Source: Euprymna scolopes
Lineage: Eukaryota
NCBI GenBank assembly: GCA_053919585.1
Contig: CM132809.1
Strand: one strand, 5' to 3'
Length of the DNA stretch: 64,000 nucleotides
Below the pieces are notes generated by a model that had not been told where the DNA came from, searched no databases, and worked only from the letters and a program-made list of their open reading frames with translations. Every line of letters begins with the position of its first letter. The stretch's first letter is position 1. The translations under genes and the position numbers were made by a program. This document shows, piece after piece, positions 15,001-27,220 of the stretch.

Positions 15001-18000
15001 GTATGGAAGTCATGTCGATTAGGCATGGAACTCATGTGGATTAAGGTATGGAAGTAATGTTGATTACGGTATGGAAGTCATGTGGATTAAGGTATTGAAG
15101 TCATGTGGATTAAGGTATGGAAGTCATGTGGATTAAGGTATGGAAGTCATGTGGATTAAGGTATGCAAGTCATGTGGATTAAGGTATTGAAGTCATGTGG
15201 ATTAAGGTATGGAAGTCATGTGGACTAAGGTATTGAAGTCATGTGGATTAAGGTATGGAAGTCATGTGGATTAAGGTATTGAAGTAATGGGGATTAAGGT
15301 ATGGAAGTCATATGGATTAAGGTATGGAAGTCATGTGGATATAGGTATGGAAGTCATGTGGATTAAGGTATTGAAGTCATGTCGATTTAGGTATCGAAAT
15401 CATGTGGATTACGGCATGGAAGTCATGTGGATTAAGGTATTGAAGTCATGTGGATTAGGGCATGGAAGTCATGTGGATTAAGGTATTGAAGTCATGTGGA
15501 GTAGGGCATGGAAGTCATGTGGATAAAGGTATGGAAGTCATGTAGATTAAGGTATGGACGTCATGTGGATTAAGATATGGAAGTCATGTGGATTTATGTA
15601 TGGAAGTCATGTGGATTAATGTTGGGAAGTCATGTGGATAAAGGTATTTAAGTCATGTGGATTAAGGTATGGATGTCATGTGGATTACGGTATGGCCGTC
15701 ATGTGGATTAAGGTATGGAAGTCATATGGATTAAGGTATGGAAGTCATGTGGATATAGGTATGGAAGTCATGTGAATTAGGGCATGGAATCATGTCGATT
15801 TAGGTACGAAAGTCATGTGGATTAGGGCATTGAGGTCATGTGGATTAAGGTATGGAAGTCATATGTATTAAGGTATCGAAGTCATGTGGATTACGGTATG
15901 GAAGTAATGTGGATTAAGGTATTGAAGTCATGTCGATTTAGGTATTAAAGTCATGTGGATTAAGGCATGGAAGTCATGTGGATTAAGGTATTGAAGTCAT
16001 GTGGATTTAGGTATGGAAGTCATGAGGATTAGGGCATGGAAATAATGTTAATTGAGGTATGGAAGTCATGTGGATTACGGTATGGAAGTCATGTGGATTA
16101 AGGTATTGAAGTCATGTCGATTTAGGTATGGAAGTAATGTCGATTAGGGCATGGAAGTCATGTGGATAAAGGTATGGAAGTCATGTGGATTAAGGTATGG
16201 AAGTCATGTGGATTAAGGTATTGAAGTCATCTTAATTAAGGTATGGAAGTCATGTGGATTAAGGTATTGAAGTCATGTGGATTAAGGTATGGAATTCATG
16301 TGGATTAAGGTATGGAAGTCATGTAGATTAAGGTAATTAAGGCATGTGGATTAAGGTATGGACGTCATGTGGATTAAGGCATGGAAGTCAAGTGGATTAG
16401 GGTATTGAAGTTATGTCGATTTAGGTATGGAAGTCATGTGGATTAGGGCATGGAAGTCATGTGGATTAAGGTATTGAAGTCATGTGGATTAAGGTATTGA
16501 AGTCATGTGGATTAAGGTATGCAAGTCTTGTGGATGAAGGTATTGAAGTCATGTGGATTAAGGTATGGAAGTCATGTGGACAAAGGTATTGAAGTCATGT
16601 GGATTAAGGTATTGAAGTCATGTAGATTAAGGTATTGAAGTCATGATGATTAGGGCGTGGAAGTCATGTGTATTAAGGCATGGAAGTCATGTAGATTAAG
16701 GTATGTAAGTCATGTGGATTAAGGTATGGAAGTCATGTGGATTAGGGCATGGAAGTCATGTTGATTAAGGTATGGAAGTCATGTGGATTAAGGTATGGAA
16801 GTCATGTGGATTAAAGTATTGAAGTAATGTGGATTAAGGTATGGAAGTCATATGGATTAAGGTATGGAAGTCATGTGGATATAGGTATGGAAGTCATGGA
16901 GATTAAGGTATTGAAGTCATGTCGATTTAGGTATGGAAATCATGTGGATTACGGCATGGAAGTCATGTGGATTAAGGTATGGAAGTCATGTGGATTAGGG
17001 CATGGAAGTCATGTGGATTAAGGTATGGAAGTCATGTGGATTAGGGCATGGAAGTCATGTTGATTAAGGTATGGAAGTCATGTGGATTAAGGTATGGAAG
17101 TCATGTGGATTAAGATATGGAAGTCATGTGGATTAATGTATGGAAGTCATGTGGATTAAGGTTGGGAAGTCATGTGGATAAAGGTATTGAAGTCATGTCG
17201 ATGTAGGTATTGAAGTCATGTGGATTAGGGCATGGAAGTCATGTTGATTAAGGTATGGAAGTCATGTTGATTAAGGTATGGATGTCATGTGGATTACGGT
17301 ATGGCCGTCATGTGGATTAAGGTATGGAAGTCATATGGATTTAGGTATGGAAGTCATGTGGATATAGGTATGGAAGTCATGTGAATTAGGGCATGGAATC
17401 ATGTCGATTTAGGTACGAAAGTCATGTGGATTAGGGCATGGAGGTCATGTGGATTTAGGTATGGAAGTCATATGTATTAAGGTATCGAATTCATGTGGAT
17501 TACGGTATGGAAGTCATGTGGATTAAGGTATTGAAGTCATGTCGATTTAGGTATTAAAGTCATGTGGATTAAGGCATGGAAGTCATGTGGATTAAGGTAT
17601 TGAAGTCATGTGGATTTAGGTATGGAAGACATGGGGATTAAGGCATGGAAATCATGTGAATTGAGGTATGGAAGTCATGTGGATTAAGGTATTGAAGTCA
17701 TGTTGATTTAGGTATGGAAGTCACTTCGATTAGGGCATGGAAGTCATGTGGATAAAGGTATGGAAGTCATGTGGATTAAGGTATGGAAGTCATGTGGATT
17801 AAGGTATTGAAGTAATCTTAATTAAGGTATGGAAGTCATGTGGATTAAGGTATTGAAGTTATGTGGATTAAGGTATGGAAGTCATGTGGATTAAGGTATG
17901 GAAGTCATGTAGATTAAGGTATTGAAGGCATGTGGATTAATGTATGGAAGTCATGGGGATTAAGGGTGGGAAGTCATGTGGATATAGGTATGGAAGTCAT

Positions 18001-21000
18001 GTGTATTAAGGTATTGAAGTCATGTTGATTAGGGCATGGAAGCCATGTGGATAAAGGTATTGAAGTCATGTGGATTAAGGTATTTAAGTCATGTGGATTA
18101 GGGCATGGAAGTCATGATGATTAAGGTATTGAAGTCATGTGGATTAAGGTATGGAATCATGTGGATTAAGGTATTGAAGACATGTGGATTAAGGTATGGA
18201 TGTCATATTGATTAAGGTATGGAAGTCATGTGGATATAGGTATGGAAGTCATGTGGATTAGGGCATGGAATCATGTCGATTAAGGTATGAAAGTAATGTG
18301 GATTAGGGCATGGAAGTAATGTGGATTAAGGTATTGAAGGCATATGGATTAAGTATGGATGTCATGTGGATTAAGGTATGGAAGTCATGTGGATAAAGGT
18401 ATCGAAATCATGTCGATTTTGGTATGGAAGTCATGTGGATTAGGGCATAAAAGTCATATGGATTAAGGTATGTTAGTCATATGGATTAAGGTATGGAAGT
18501 CATGTGGATTAAGATATGGAAGTCATGTCGATTTAGGTATGGAAGTCATGTGGATTACGGCATGGAAGTCATGTGGATTAAGGTATTGAAGTCATGTAGA
18601 TTAATGTATGGAAATCATGTGGATTAGGGCATGGACGTAATGTGGATCAAGGTATTAAAGTCATGTTGATTAGGGCATGGAAGTCATGTTGATTAATGTA
18701 TTGAAGCCATGTCGATGTAGGTATGGCAGTCATGTGGATTAGGGCATGGAAGTCATGTGGATAAAGGTATGGAAGTCATGTGGATTTAGGTATGGAAGTC
18801 ATGTGGATTAAGGTATGGAAGTCATATGGATTAAGGTATGGAAGTCATGGGGATAAAGGTATGGAAGTCATGTGGAGTAAGGTATGGAAGTCATGTGGAT
18901 TAAGGTATGCAAGTCATGTGGATAAGGGCATGGAAGTAATGTGGATCAAGTTATGTAAGTCATGTGGATTAAGGCATGAAAGTCATGTTGATTAAGGTAT
19001 TGAAGTCATGTGGATTAAGGTATGGAAGTCATGTGGATTGAGGTATTGAAGTCATGTGGATTAAGGTATGGAAGTAATATGGATTAAGGTATGGAAGTCA
19101 TGTGGATTAAGGTATGGAAGTCATGTGGATTAAGGTATTGAAGTCATTTCGATTTAGGTATGGAAGTCATGTTGATTAGGGGATGGAAGTCATGTGGATA
19201 TATGTATGGAAGTCATATGTATTAACGTAGTGAAGTCATGTTGATTACGGTATGGAAATCATGTGGATTAAGGTATTGAAGTCATGTCGATTAAGGTATG
19301 GATGTCATGTTGATTAAGGCATGTAACTCATGTGGATTAAGGTATTGAAGTCATGTGGATAAAGGTTTTGAAGTCATGTGGATTAGGGTATGGAACTCAT
19401 GTAGATTAAGGTATGGAAGTCATGTTGATTACGGTATGGAAGTCATGTGTATTAAGGTATTGAAGTCATGTCGATGTAGGTATGGACGTAATGTCGATTT
19501 GGGCATGGAAGTCATGTGGATTAAGGTATGGAAGTCATGTGGATTAAGGTATGCAAGTCATGTGGATTAAGGTATGGAAGTCATGTGGATTAAGGTATTG
19601 AAGTCATTTCGATTTAGGTAGGGAAGTCATGTTGATTAGGGGAGGGAAGTCATGTGGATATATGTATGGAAGTCATATGTATTAACGTAGTGAAGTCATG
19701 TTGATTACGGTATGGAAATCATGTGGATTAAGGTATTGAAGTCATGTCGATTAAGGTATGGATGTCATGTTGATTAAGGCATGGAACTCATGTTGATTAA
19801 GGTATTGAAGTCATGTGGATTAGGGCATCGAAGTCATGTGGATTAAGGTATGGAAGTCATGTGGATTAAGGTATTGAAGTCATGTCGATGTAGGTATGGA
19901 CGTAATGTCGATTAGGGCATAGAAGTCATGTGGATTTAGGTATGGAAGTCATGTGGATTAAGGTATGCAAGTCATGTGGATTAACGTATTGAAGTCATGT
20001 GGATTAAGGTATGGAAGTCATGTGGACTAAGGTATTGCAGTCATGTGGATTAAGGTATGGAAGTCATGTAGATTAAGGTATTGAAGTCATGTGGATTAAG
20101 GTATGGAAGTCATGATGATTAGGGCGTGGAAGTCATGTGTATTAGGTCATGGAAGTCATGTAGATTAAGGTATGTAAGTCATGTGGATTAAGGTATGGAA
20201 GTCATGTGGATTAGGGCATGGAAGTCATGTTGATTAAGGTATGGCAGTCATGTGGATTAAGGTATTGAAGTTATGTGGATTAAGGTATTGAAGTAATGTG
20301 GATTAAGGTATGGAAGTCATATGGATTAAGGTATGGAAGTCATGTGGATATAGGTATGGAAGTCATGTGGATTAAGGTATTGAAGTCATGTCGATTTAGG
20401 TATGGAAATCATGTGGATTACGGCATGGAAGTCATGTTGATTAAGGTATGGAAGTCATGTGGATTAGGGCATGGAAGTCATGTGGATTAAGGTATGGAAG
20501 TCATGTGGATTAGGGCATGGAAGTCATGTGGATTAAGGTATTGAAGTCATGTGGATTAAGGTATGGAAGTCATGTGGATTAAGATATGGAAGTCATGTGG
20601 ATTAATGTATGGAAGTCATGTGGATTAAGGGTGGGAAGTCATGTGGATTAAGGTATTGAAGTCATGTGTATTTAGGTATTGAAGTCATGTGGATTAGGGC
20701 ATGGAAGCCATGTGGATAAAGGTATGGAAGTCATGTGTATTAAGGTATGGATGTCATGTGGATTACGGTATGGAAGTCATGTGGATTAGGGTATGGAAGT
20801 CATGTGGATTAAGCTATGGAAGTCATGTGGATAAAGGTATTGAAGTCATGTGGATTAGGGCATGGAAGTCATGCGGATTAAGGTATTGAAGTCATGTCGA
20901 TTTTGGTATGGAAGTCATGTGGATTAGGGCATGGAAGTCATGTCGATTAAGGTATGGAAGTCATGTGGATTAAGGCATGGAAGTCATGTTGATTAAGGTA

Positions 21001-21120
21001 TAGAAGTCATGTGGATTAAGGTATGGAAGTCATGTCGATTTAGGTATGGAAGTCATGTGGATTAGTGCATGGAAGTCATGTGGATTAAGGTATGGAAGTC
21101 ATGTGGATTAAGGTATGGAC
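1..21120 (+). repeat. 23-bp tandem satellite (consensus GGATTAAGGTATGGAAGTCATGT), about 920 monomers, with higher-order structure; continues beyond the left edge
   Basis: Continuous 23-nt periodicity from position 1 to an abrupt end at ...aggtatggac/gttttaac (about 21120). Recurrent monomer variants: TTAGGGC, TCGATTTAGG, TTACGG, ATTGAAG. Confidence 0.99.
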
Positions 21121-21259
21121 GTTTTAACTGATTTTAGTCATTCACTATCGAAACATTTGTCATGCAAAAAAATGCATTCGTTAATTGCTAAAGTTGATTT
21201 TAATTTTATTTGAGATAAATAATTGATCGGTGATTCCAGTGGAAACAGAAATATATATA

Positions 21260-21473
21260 CAGGGTGGCCCCTAAAAACGGGCACCAACTCTAATTAGGCC
21301 CCGTTTCTTAGTGTTTTGTCTGAATGAAATTAAACTTTGGTCATAACTAGTAGATTATATTTAAAGCATCACATCAAAACACTAGGGTATTTGCCCATTT
21401 TTCTCCGTTCTACAGCATATGTTCTAGATGGCCTTTATTTAGTTTTTTTTTGGGGGGGAGGGAGGTCACCCTG
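21260..21473. mobile_element. Tc1/mariner-type MITE (about 214 bp)
   Basis: Terminal inverted repeats CAGGGTGGCC ... GGTCACCCTG, flanked by TA on both sides (TA-CAGGGTG / CACCCTG-TA). No coding capacity. Confidence 0.7.
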
Positions 21474-22449
21474 TATATCTGTATTGTCGACGGTAAAATA
21501 CAAGAAAACTTACGAAATATCAATCATTATCAAGTACGCATATTGGTTGTTGAAGACAATTAATAAAGTCTCTTGAAAAAGAAATAAAAATCGAGAAAAC
21601 TTATATATCAAGGACCGCAGTCATTAATCTTACTAATGATCATCGTTTCATTATAAATATCTGCTAAATAAGAGGGAAACATTGAGCTACAGACATTTTA
21701 GTTTAGATACTTTGTGAGATATTTTGTCTTGGACTTATATCTTGTGTACATTCTATAGAAATGACTCCAAATAAAACATGATATCACTTACTGTCAAAAC
21801 CTAAAATAAAAGAGAATTAATATCTCAGAGCCGGTAGATGAATATTAGTTTCAATTTTTACAACATATAATTTATATTTAGTAAAAAGAAAAAACAGTGA
21901 ACGGTTAGGAATGTTTACTAAGCCTGAATTTGTAGATGCAATCAAATGACATAAACGCATAAATGAAATATATACATGGAGTTGTTGAATAAATCTTGAC
22001 TAATTTGCTACAGTAGTTACACCAACATTATCTATGAGATTAGAGACCAATCATTAAAGTATGTAAGCGATTTCTGTAAGAAATAAGGTCGTTTAAGTTA
22101 GGGATGGGGTGGGAACAAAAAGAAAGTACAGTCTCGCACATAATTATTTTATTTTTAAAGAACATATCTATGCATTACCAACTTTAATGATTAAATCTCA
22201 ATGTTAAAAAATCCAAGATGCGTTTATTAAAATAGCTATTTAAATGTTATTAATGAAACCTTAAGCAGCGAGGGATATTAAATGTCTGCTATTAAATTCT
22301 GTCTCTTTATATTCTCCAATAATTTATTTACACTAACTCAAAAAAACATGGGTATATTACATTTAATTTAATAGATAACATATTGTGACAATCATACTAA
22401 TCGTCGTTATGTGTGTATGTATGTATGTATGTATGTATGTATGTATGTA

Positions 22450-22905
22450 GACTTGTTTGGTGAGGAGGGCGGCTAGTCTCCCTGGAGGATTAAAAACAAG
22501 ACCTTCCAAAGGGCGAATGAACTCTTTTTCTGGATCAACGGCCAACTAGCACCGTGTATATTTGTGTGTGTATATGTGTATTGGGGTGGAGAGGGCCCCC
22601 GTAAGCCGTGGTGAAGGCAATATTTCTAGGAGAAGCAAATCTCTGATTTAAAAAAAACCATAAAGCGGGAGACCAGTACCCGCATTAAGCTGGTCTGCAG
22701 TTTAATTTGTTGCTGGCTATCTTGCTCTAGCTTGTTGCTGGATCTCAACATTTTGAACCGAGAGAGAGAGAGAGACTTAGCTATCGTACAAAGCTAAGAC
22801 TCTGCAACATCATCTTTGTATAGATACTCCCTCAGGCATTTGGGCTCATGGATTTTAAGTGTCTGAGGGAGTGGCACTCGTCTGACAAGACGTTGCAATC
22901 ATCAT
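22450..22905 (+). mobile_element. SINE-like / non-autonomous (possibly RTE-derived) retroelement, copy A
   Basis: Homologous to 22917-23265 and 55331-56375. Shared blocks AAGCC..GTGAAGGCAA..TAGGAGAAG.AAATCTCTGATTTAAA, CCCGCATTAAGCTGGTC and a GAGTGGCACTCGTCTGA.AAGACGTTGCAATCATC tail. The 5' block resembles RTE 5'-UTR motifs (from memory, not searched). Confidence 0.55.
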
Positions 22906-22916
22906 GTATTTATGTA

Positions 22917-23264
22917 TGAGAGGGCTCCCAGAAGCCGTGGTGAAGGCAATCTTTGTAGGAGCAGCAAATGTCTGATTTAAAAAAAAAACATAAAGCGAGA
23001 AACCAGCACCCGCATTAAGCTGGTCGGAAATTTAACTTGTTGCTGGATATCTTGCTCTTGCTTGTTGTTGGATCTATACATTTTGAACCTAGAGAAAGAC
23101 TTAGCTGTCGTACAAAAATAAGACTCTGTAACATCATCTGTGTATAGATACTTCCTCAGGCATTTGTCTATTAAAATGGTCCTGTGGCAATGGAAGTCAT
23201 TTTTGGGTTCATGGCCTGAGTGACTGAGGGAGTGGCACTCGTCTGAGAAGACGTTGCAATCATC

Positions 23265-23265
<1 letters not shown>
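22917..23265 (+). mobile_element. SINE-like element, copy B (tandem with copy A), followed by (TA)n
   Basis: Diverged direct repeat of 22590-22905, ending in GCAATCATCAT plus (TA)n. Confidence 0.6.
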
Positions 23266-23319
<54 letters not shown>

Positions 23320-23939
23320 TGTGTGAGTGTGTATATGTGGGTGGTTCATTGCCTCGCTCATACACCTTAATAGTTGTAATCAATGCTATCGTTAATAAAC
23401 GTTTACGTAATCTTTTTCGAACGCCTATAAAATAAACTTTAATATCTACCTCTCATGTGATTCACTGAACACTGCCCTATACTCAATACCGTTTAAAAGC
23501 ATGTCATTAATTAATACATCTAGATAATATGTGAACATTTTCAATAAATTACACCCCCTGCTGTGTTAGAAATATAATGCGAAATGATTTGATTAGCATT
23601 ATGTTTCAGGTAGATAAATGTAGATAAAAATCTAAGAGGTTAAGTTGAAAACCTATTGATGCAAGGATCATCGAAGCGTGTCGCCATAATATTGACTGAC
23701 GATTACAAAAAAAAAAAACATTTAACATTTTTTTACAGAAACGTCAATTATATACTTGTGTATTTAAATAGATTAATTTGCACCATAAATCTTTTTAGCA
23801 ATTCCTAAGCTAGAGTTTATTTTTAAGGGAAAATATACGCACATGTAGTTTGTACATAGCCAACCTATTTATTTTAATATAAGATTTAAGTAATTCATTG
23901 TCAAGCATTAATGAAACATTTTTAATTTATTTGTCTCGG

Positions 23940-24200
23940 TTATCTGCTTGGCTTGGCTAGGGCAGAACTACCTACTGAAGCGGCCTATGAAGTTATGTAA
24001 GACTCCGTCGCAAATGTCATAAACAGGTTTGGTGCAAATATTTGTCGCAATGAGTTGCTCTTTTCTCCATTCATACGTTTCAGCAGCATAGTTCATATTT
24101 TCTTATTTCTTGTTATATATATTCATTCAGACTCACTTCCATCTTGGTAGGTCATCTTCAAAATGTTGATGGCGATGGCAAATGTGTCTTATCTTAAGGC
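23940..24200 (-). pseudogene. Possible highly decayed RTE-like LINE 3' fragment
   Basis: Minus-strand translation gives NMNYAAETYEW, similar to the LxYxxETW motif. Short (CCAAG)-like tail. Weak. Confidence 0.25.
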
Positions 24201-26359
24201 ATATTTTTTATATGATATTGTTATTATATTGTATTAAATTCTATTGACATTTCCATGGAAACGTCTACCTAGCTTTACATATATTTGCTTATATTTTAAC
24301 ATATTAAATGTGTTAGATGTTATAACACGTTTTTATATTTGTTATATAACTTTGATATGATAAAACTTTTTGTTATTATCTTGTATAATCTGTATTTTTT
24401 TATTTGGGAAGTTTGCGTGTTGCATTACCTGCTCTTTATATATCTTTTACAAATGGGTGTGATTTTTTTATATGATATTAAACATTTTTTTATGTCATAA
24501 TAACTCAATAAACTCTGATATAAAAAATATTCTGAAAACAAAATGATTTTAAAACGTTCTTTTAAAAATGATAATTTACTTTAAAAATTTTTTAAACAAT
24601 TTAATTATGGTATATCATTCATAAACAGTTCGTTTACATTGTATCCCCCTGTAAAGTTGTAAACTAATTAGTCGCACTAGTTTTATAATTGAATAGTTGA
24701 GAGTAGAATCATATTTAACTCTTAATTGTAATCTGAATTATTTTAATTTTTATCTAGCATTAAGGCTATTTTTGATACTTTTTTTACTATTCTTAAACAA
24801 GTATTCACGTATATTATTGCATAGTATTATAACCTTACAATAATAAAAGAATAAGCCAATGATATTAATTTTGATAAAATTTCTCGGTTCACACATGAGT
24901 GCCGTCATTCACTCTTTTTTGCGTCACAGTTAAAGCCCGCGACAATTAAAAACACTGCGCTGATAGGTATACAATCAGTAAGTTATCTCATATAGTGTCG
25001 GCTGGCTCAAAAGATTCCCAAAAATATATCCTTCTTTTGGCTTAAACACTATGCGAATTCACGTCCGCTTCTGCGCCTACTTGCGAGTCACTATCAGAAG
25101 ATTTTTCGGCTGAGTCAAATTAATCCAGTAACACTAGCGGACATTATATTGATTATTTTAACCTTTGGTTCTTCTGCTGAGGTTATTCTTGAAATTGTAA
25201 TAATTAGTTGATTCTAAATTATTGGCAAATGAAATTTTACCAGCAGATATGATTTTTTTTTTATTACCATTACATTTGTTGTTCTAATGGCGATTTTTAA
25301 CGAATGCTCTTTTGTTTTATTTTACTTGATTCGGAGTTATCAAAAAGCAACCCCACATTGTGCCTGGGGCAAACACCTGATCTCTATATGAGATGCAAAT
25401 ATATTCGAACATTACATTAAATCCAAATCAAGTCTACAAATACACAGTTAGTAAGGAAGTCAGGATTATTAATTATACTCTTCTACATGATTAGTTAAAT
25501 GTTCTATAATATTTCCTAATCTCGTAATCGTACTGGATTTAAGGATAAGAATACATCGAGTCTGGTGGAGTTTCTAGTATACTTTTACTATACATAAAGT
25601 AATTTGAAGGAGGTTTACTATTCCTCCTATAATCCAGCATAGGTTTGCAATAACCGATGCGTCCTTAAACATTTGACAATTAAAAAAAATATTATCTGGG
25701 GCATTTATGTTATCAAAAAGTATATTTTATATACGAAGCCTTATGTAATCTAAAACGCAATGGCGAAAACATCCTTTGTAAGACCCCCCTTTCTCTAAGT
25801 AAACCAACTTGATATCGTCATACAATATCTTCTCATATTTGAACAATTTGGTCAGAGTATGACAAGGTTTGAGATGTTTTTGCATAGCATCCGTAATTGC
25901 TATACAAGCTTGAAAGTTTAAGATTCTATTATGAGTTTAATTTCCGCAATTTCCGCCTATTTCTTAAAGGTCATTTTTAATTGATCTTGCCTGAAATTAA
26001 ATTATTCTACCTCCGATAGGTTCAACTGCTGAAATAATGCTATCTATTTTCAAGTCAGTCAGAAAATTATCTCTAATTATTTCACCCCATACATGTTCAG
26101 ACTATTTTTATCTATGCGTTTACTTTAAATGAAAACATGATTGTCACACTTACCGATGAAGCACAGTTTCAGGATTTTTATGATGGCATACTCCTGATAT
26201 CGTTTTAATGTCTGCTTTCATAAGTTTTTATAGCGAATTAGAGGACACCATAACTTTTATGTATTTATTTCTTCTGTTCCAGCTTTTTTGCTAGAGTATT
26301 ATCAGTTAATTTAATATTATTCTTTCTCATATGAAATAGGATCTATTTTTTACTAATAA

Positions 26360-27220
26360 AATAATCTGAGTGCCCGGCGTTGTCTGGGTATTTTGAAGTG
26401 TGTGTTGAGCAAAAAAAAAATGCTAATAGGCAAGGAGGCTCCAAATCGTACCGCGACTGGGAGGGAAAACATGGAAAAACACGTGTTCTCCTTGCCCTTA
26501 CGTTCATAGCCAAACCTGAAGTTGCGATCTTTTAAATGAAGTCTAGTTAATCGATATTATCGGCGATGAAAAGCGACCACTCCATGTAGACAAGTGTCCA
26601 GTTGTGTGTGAAGCAATTAATATTTTGAGCTAATTTTTAGATATTTTTCCTCGAAAGGGTCGAGCTTCAAAACGATATCAATCTTCTGGAAATTTATCGC
26701 ATCTTCCAAGATTGTTTTAAGCAGACATACATGCATAAATTTAAACAGACAGGTGAGAGTGATATAATAGACAATCTGGGTGCCGGGAGTTACCGAGTGT
26801 TTGGAGGTGTCTGGTGAGAAAAAATAGTGTTAGTACGTAGGCAGGCAGGCTCCAAGCCGCACTGGGAATGAAAAAAAAACACGTGATGTCTTTGTCGTTG
26901 CTCCCATCGCCAAACAGGAAGTGGTGAATGTTCGAATAGAGGCTATTACATTGAAAGAGGGGTTTATTTAAAAATATCAGCGAAAAAAGCGACCCTTCCT
27001 TATAGAAAAGTTTTTAGTTGAGTGTGAAGGAGTTAATGTGTCTTAAGCCATCTTTTGCATATTTATCGTTGGAAATGTCGCGCTAAAAAAAAACAAACTC
27101 CGATCTCGTGAAAATCGGTCGCCTCTGTCGAAAGTTTAAGGCAGGCATACAAATATACATATTTACATACATAAATACACACATTTAAACAGACAGCTGA
27201 GATATATATTATAGAAGATT
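26360..27220 (-). mobile_element. Non-autonomous Helitron-like element, two diverged tandem units (about 26360-26770 and 26770-27220)
   Basis: Minus strand begins TCTTCTATAATATA with (CTGT)n and ends with a CCC..CAACGCCGGG hairpin. Internal blocks (AGGCAxGxAGGCTCCAA, AAAAGCGACC, AAACAGACAG) occur twice. Confidence 0.55.

Noticed and set aside
2174-20889. Repetitive ORFs (MEVMWIKVWKSCGLRYGSHVD...) in the satellite
   Set aside because: These are artefacts of a 23-bp unit read through three frames, with a 69-nt period and usually one TAA. ORFs arise wherever variants remove the stop, and indels do not preserve frame.
1-21120. CRISPR array or true telomere (resemblance to long yeast-type telomeric repeats)
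   Set aside because: There are no unique spacers or cas genes. Strand polarity is wrong for a left chromosome end, and kb-scale inherited variant patterns indicate recombinational amplification rather than telomerase synthesis.
22450-22555. Possible HDV-like ribozyme (GGCGAATG) at the head of the SINE-like element
   Set aside because: I could not build consistent P1/P2/P3/P1.1 pairings by eye; a descriptor search is needed.
23190-23200. ATGGAAGTCAT identical to part of the satellite monomer inside SINE-like copy B
   Set aside because: The match is only 11 bp, coincides with an apparent deletion junction, and is not exact in copy C. This is insufficient to claim a satellite origin.
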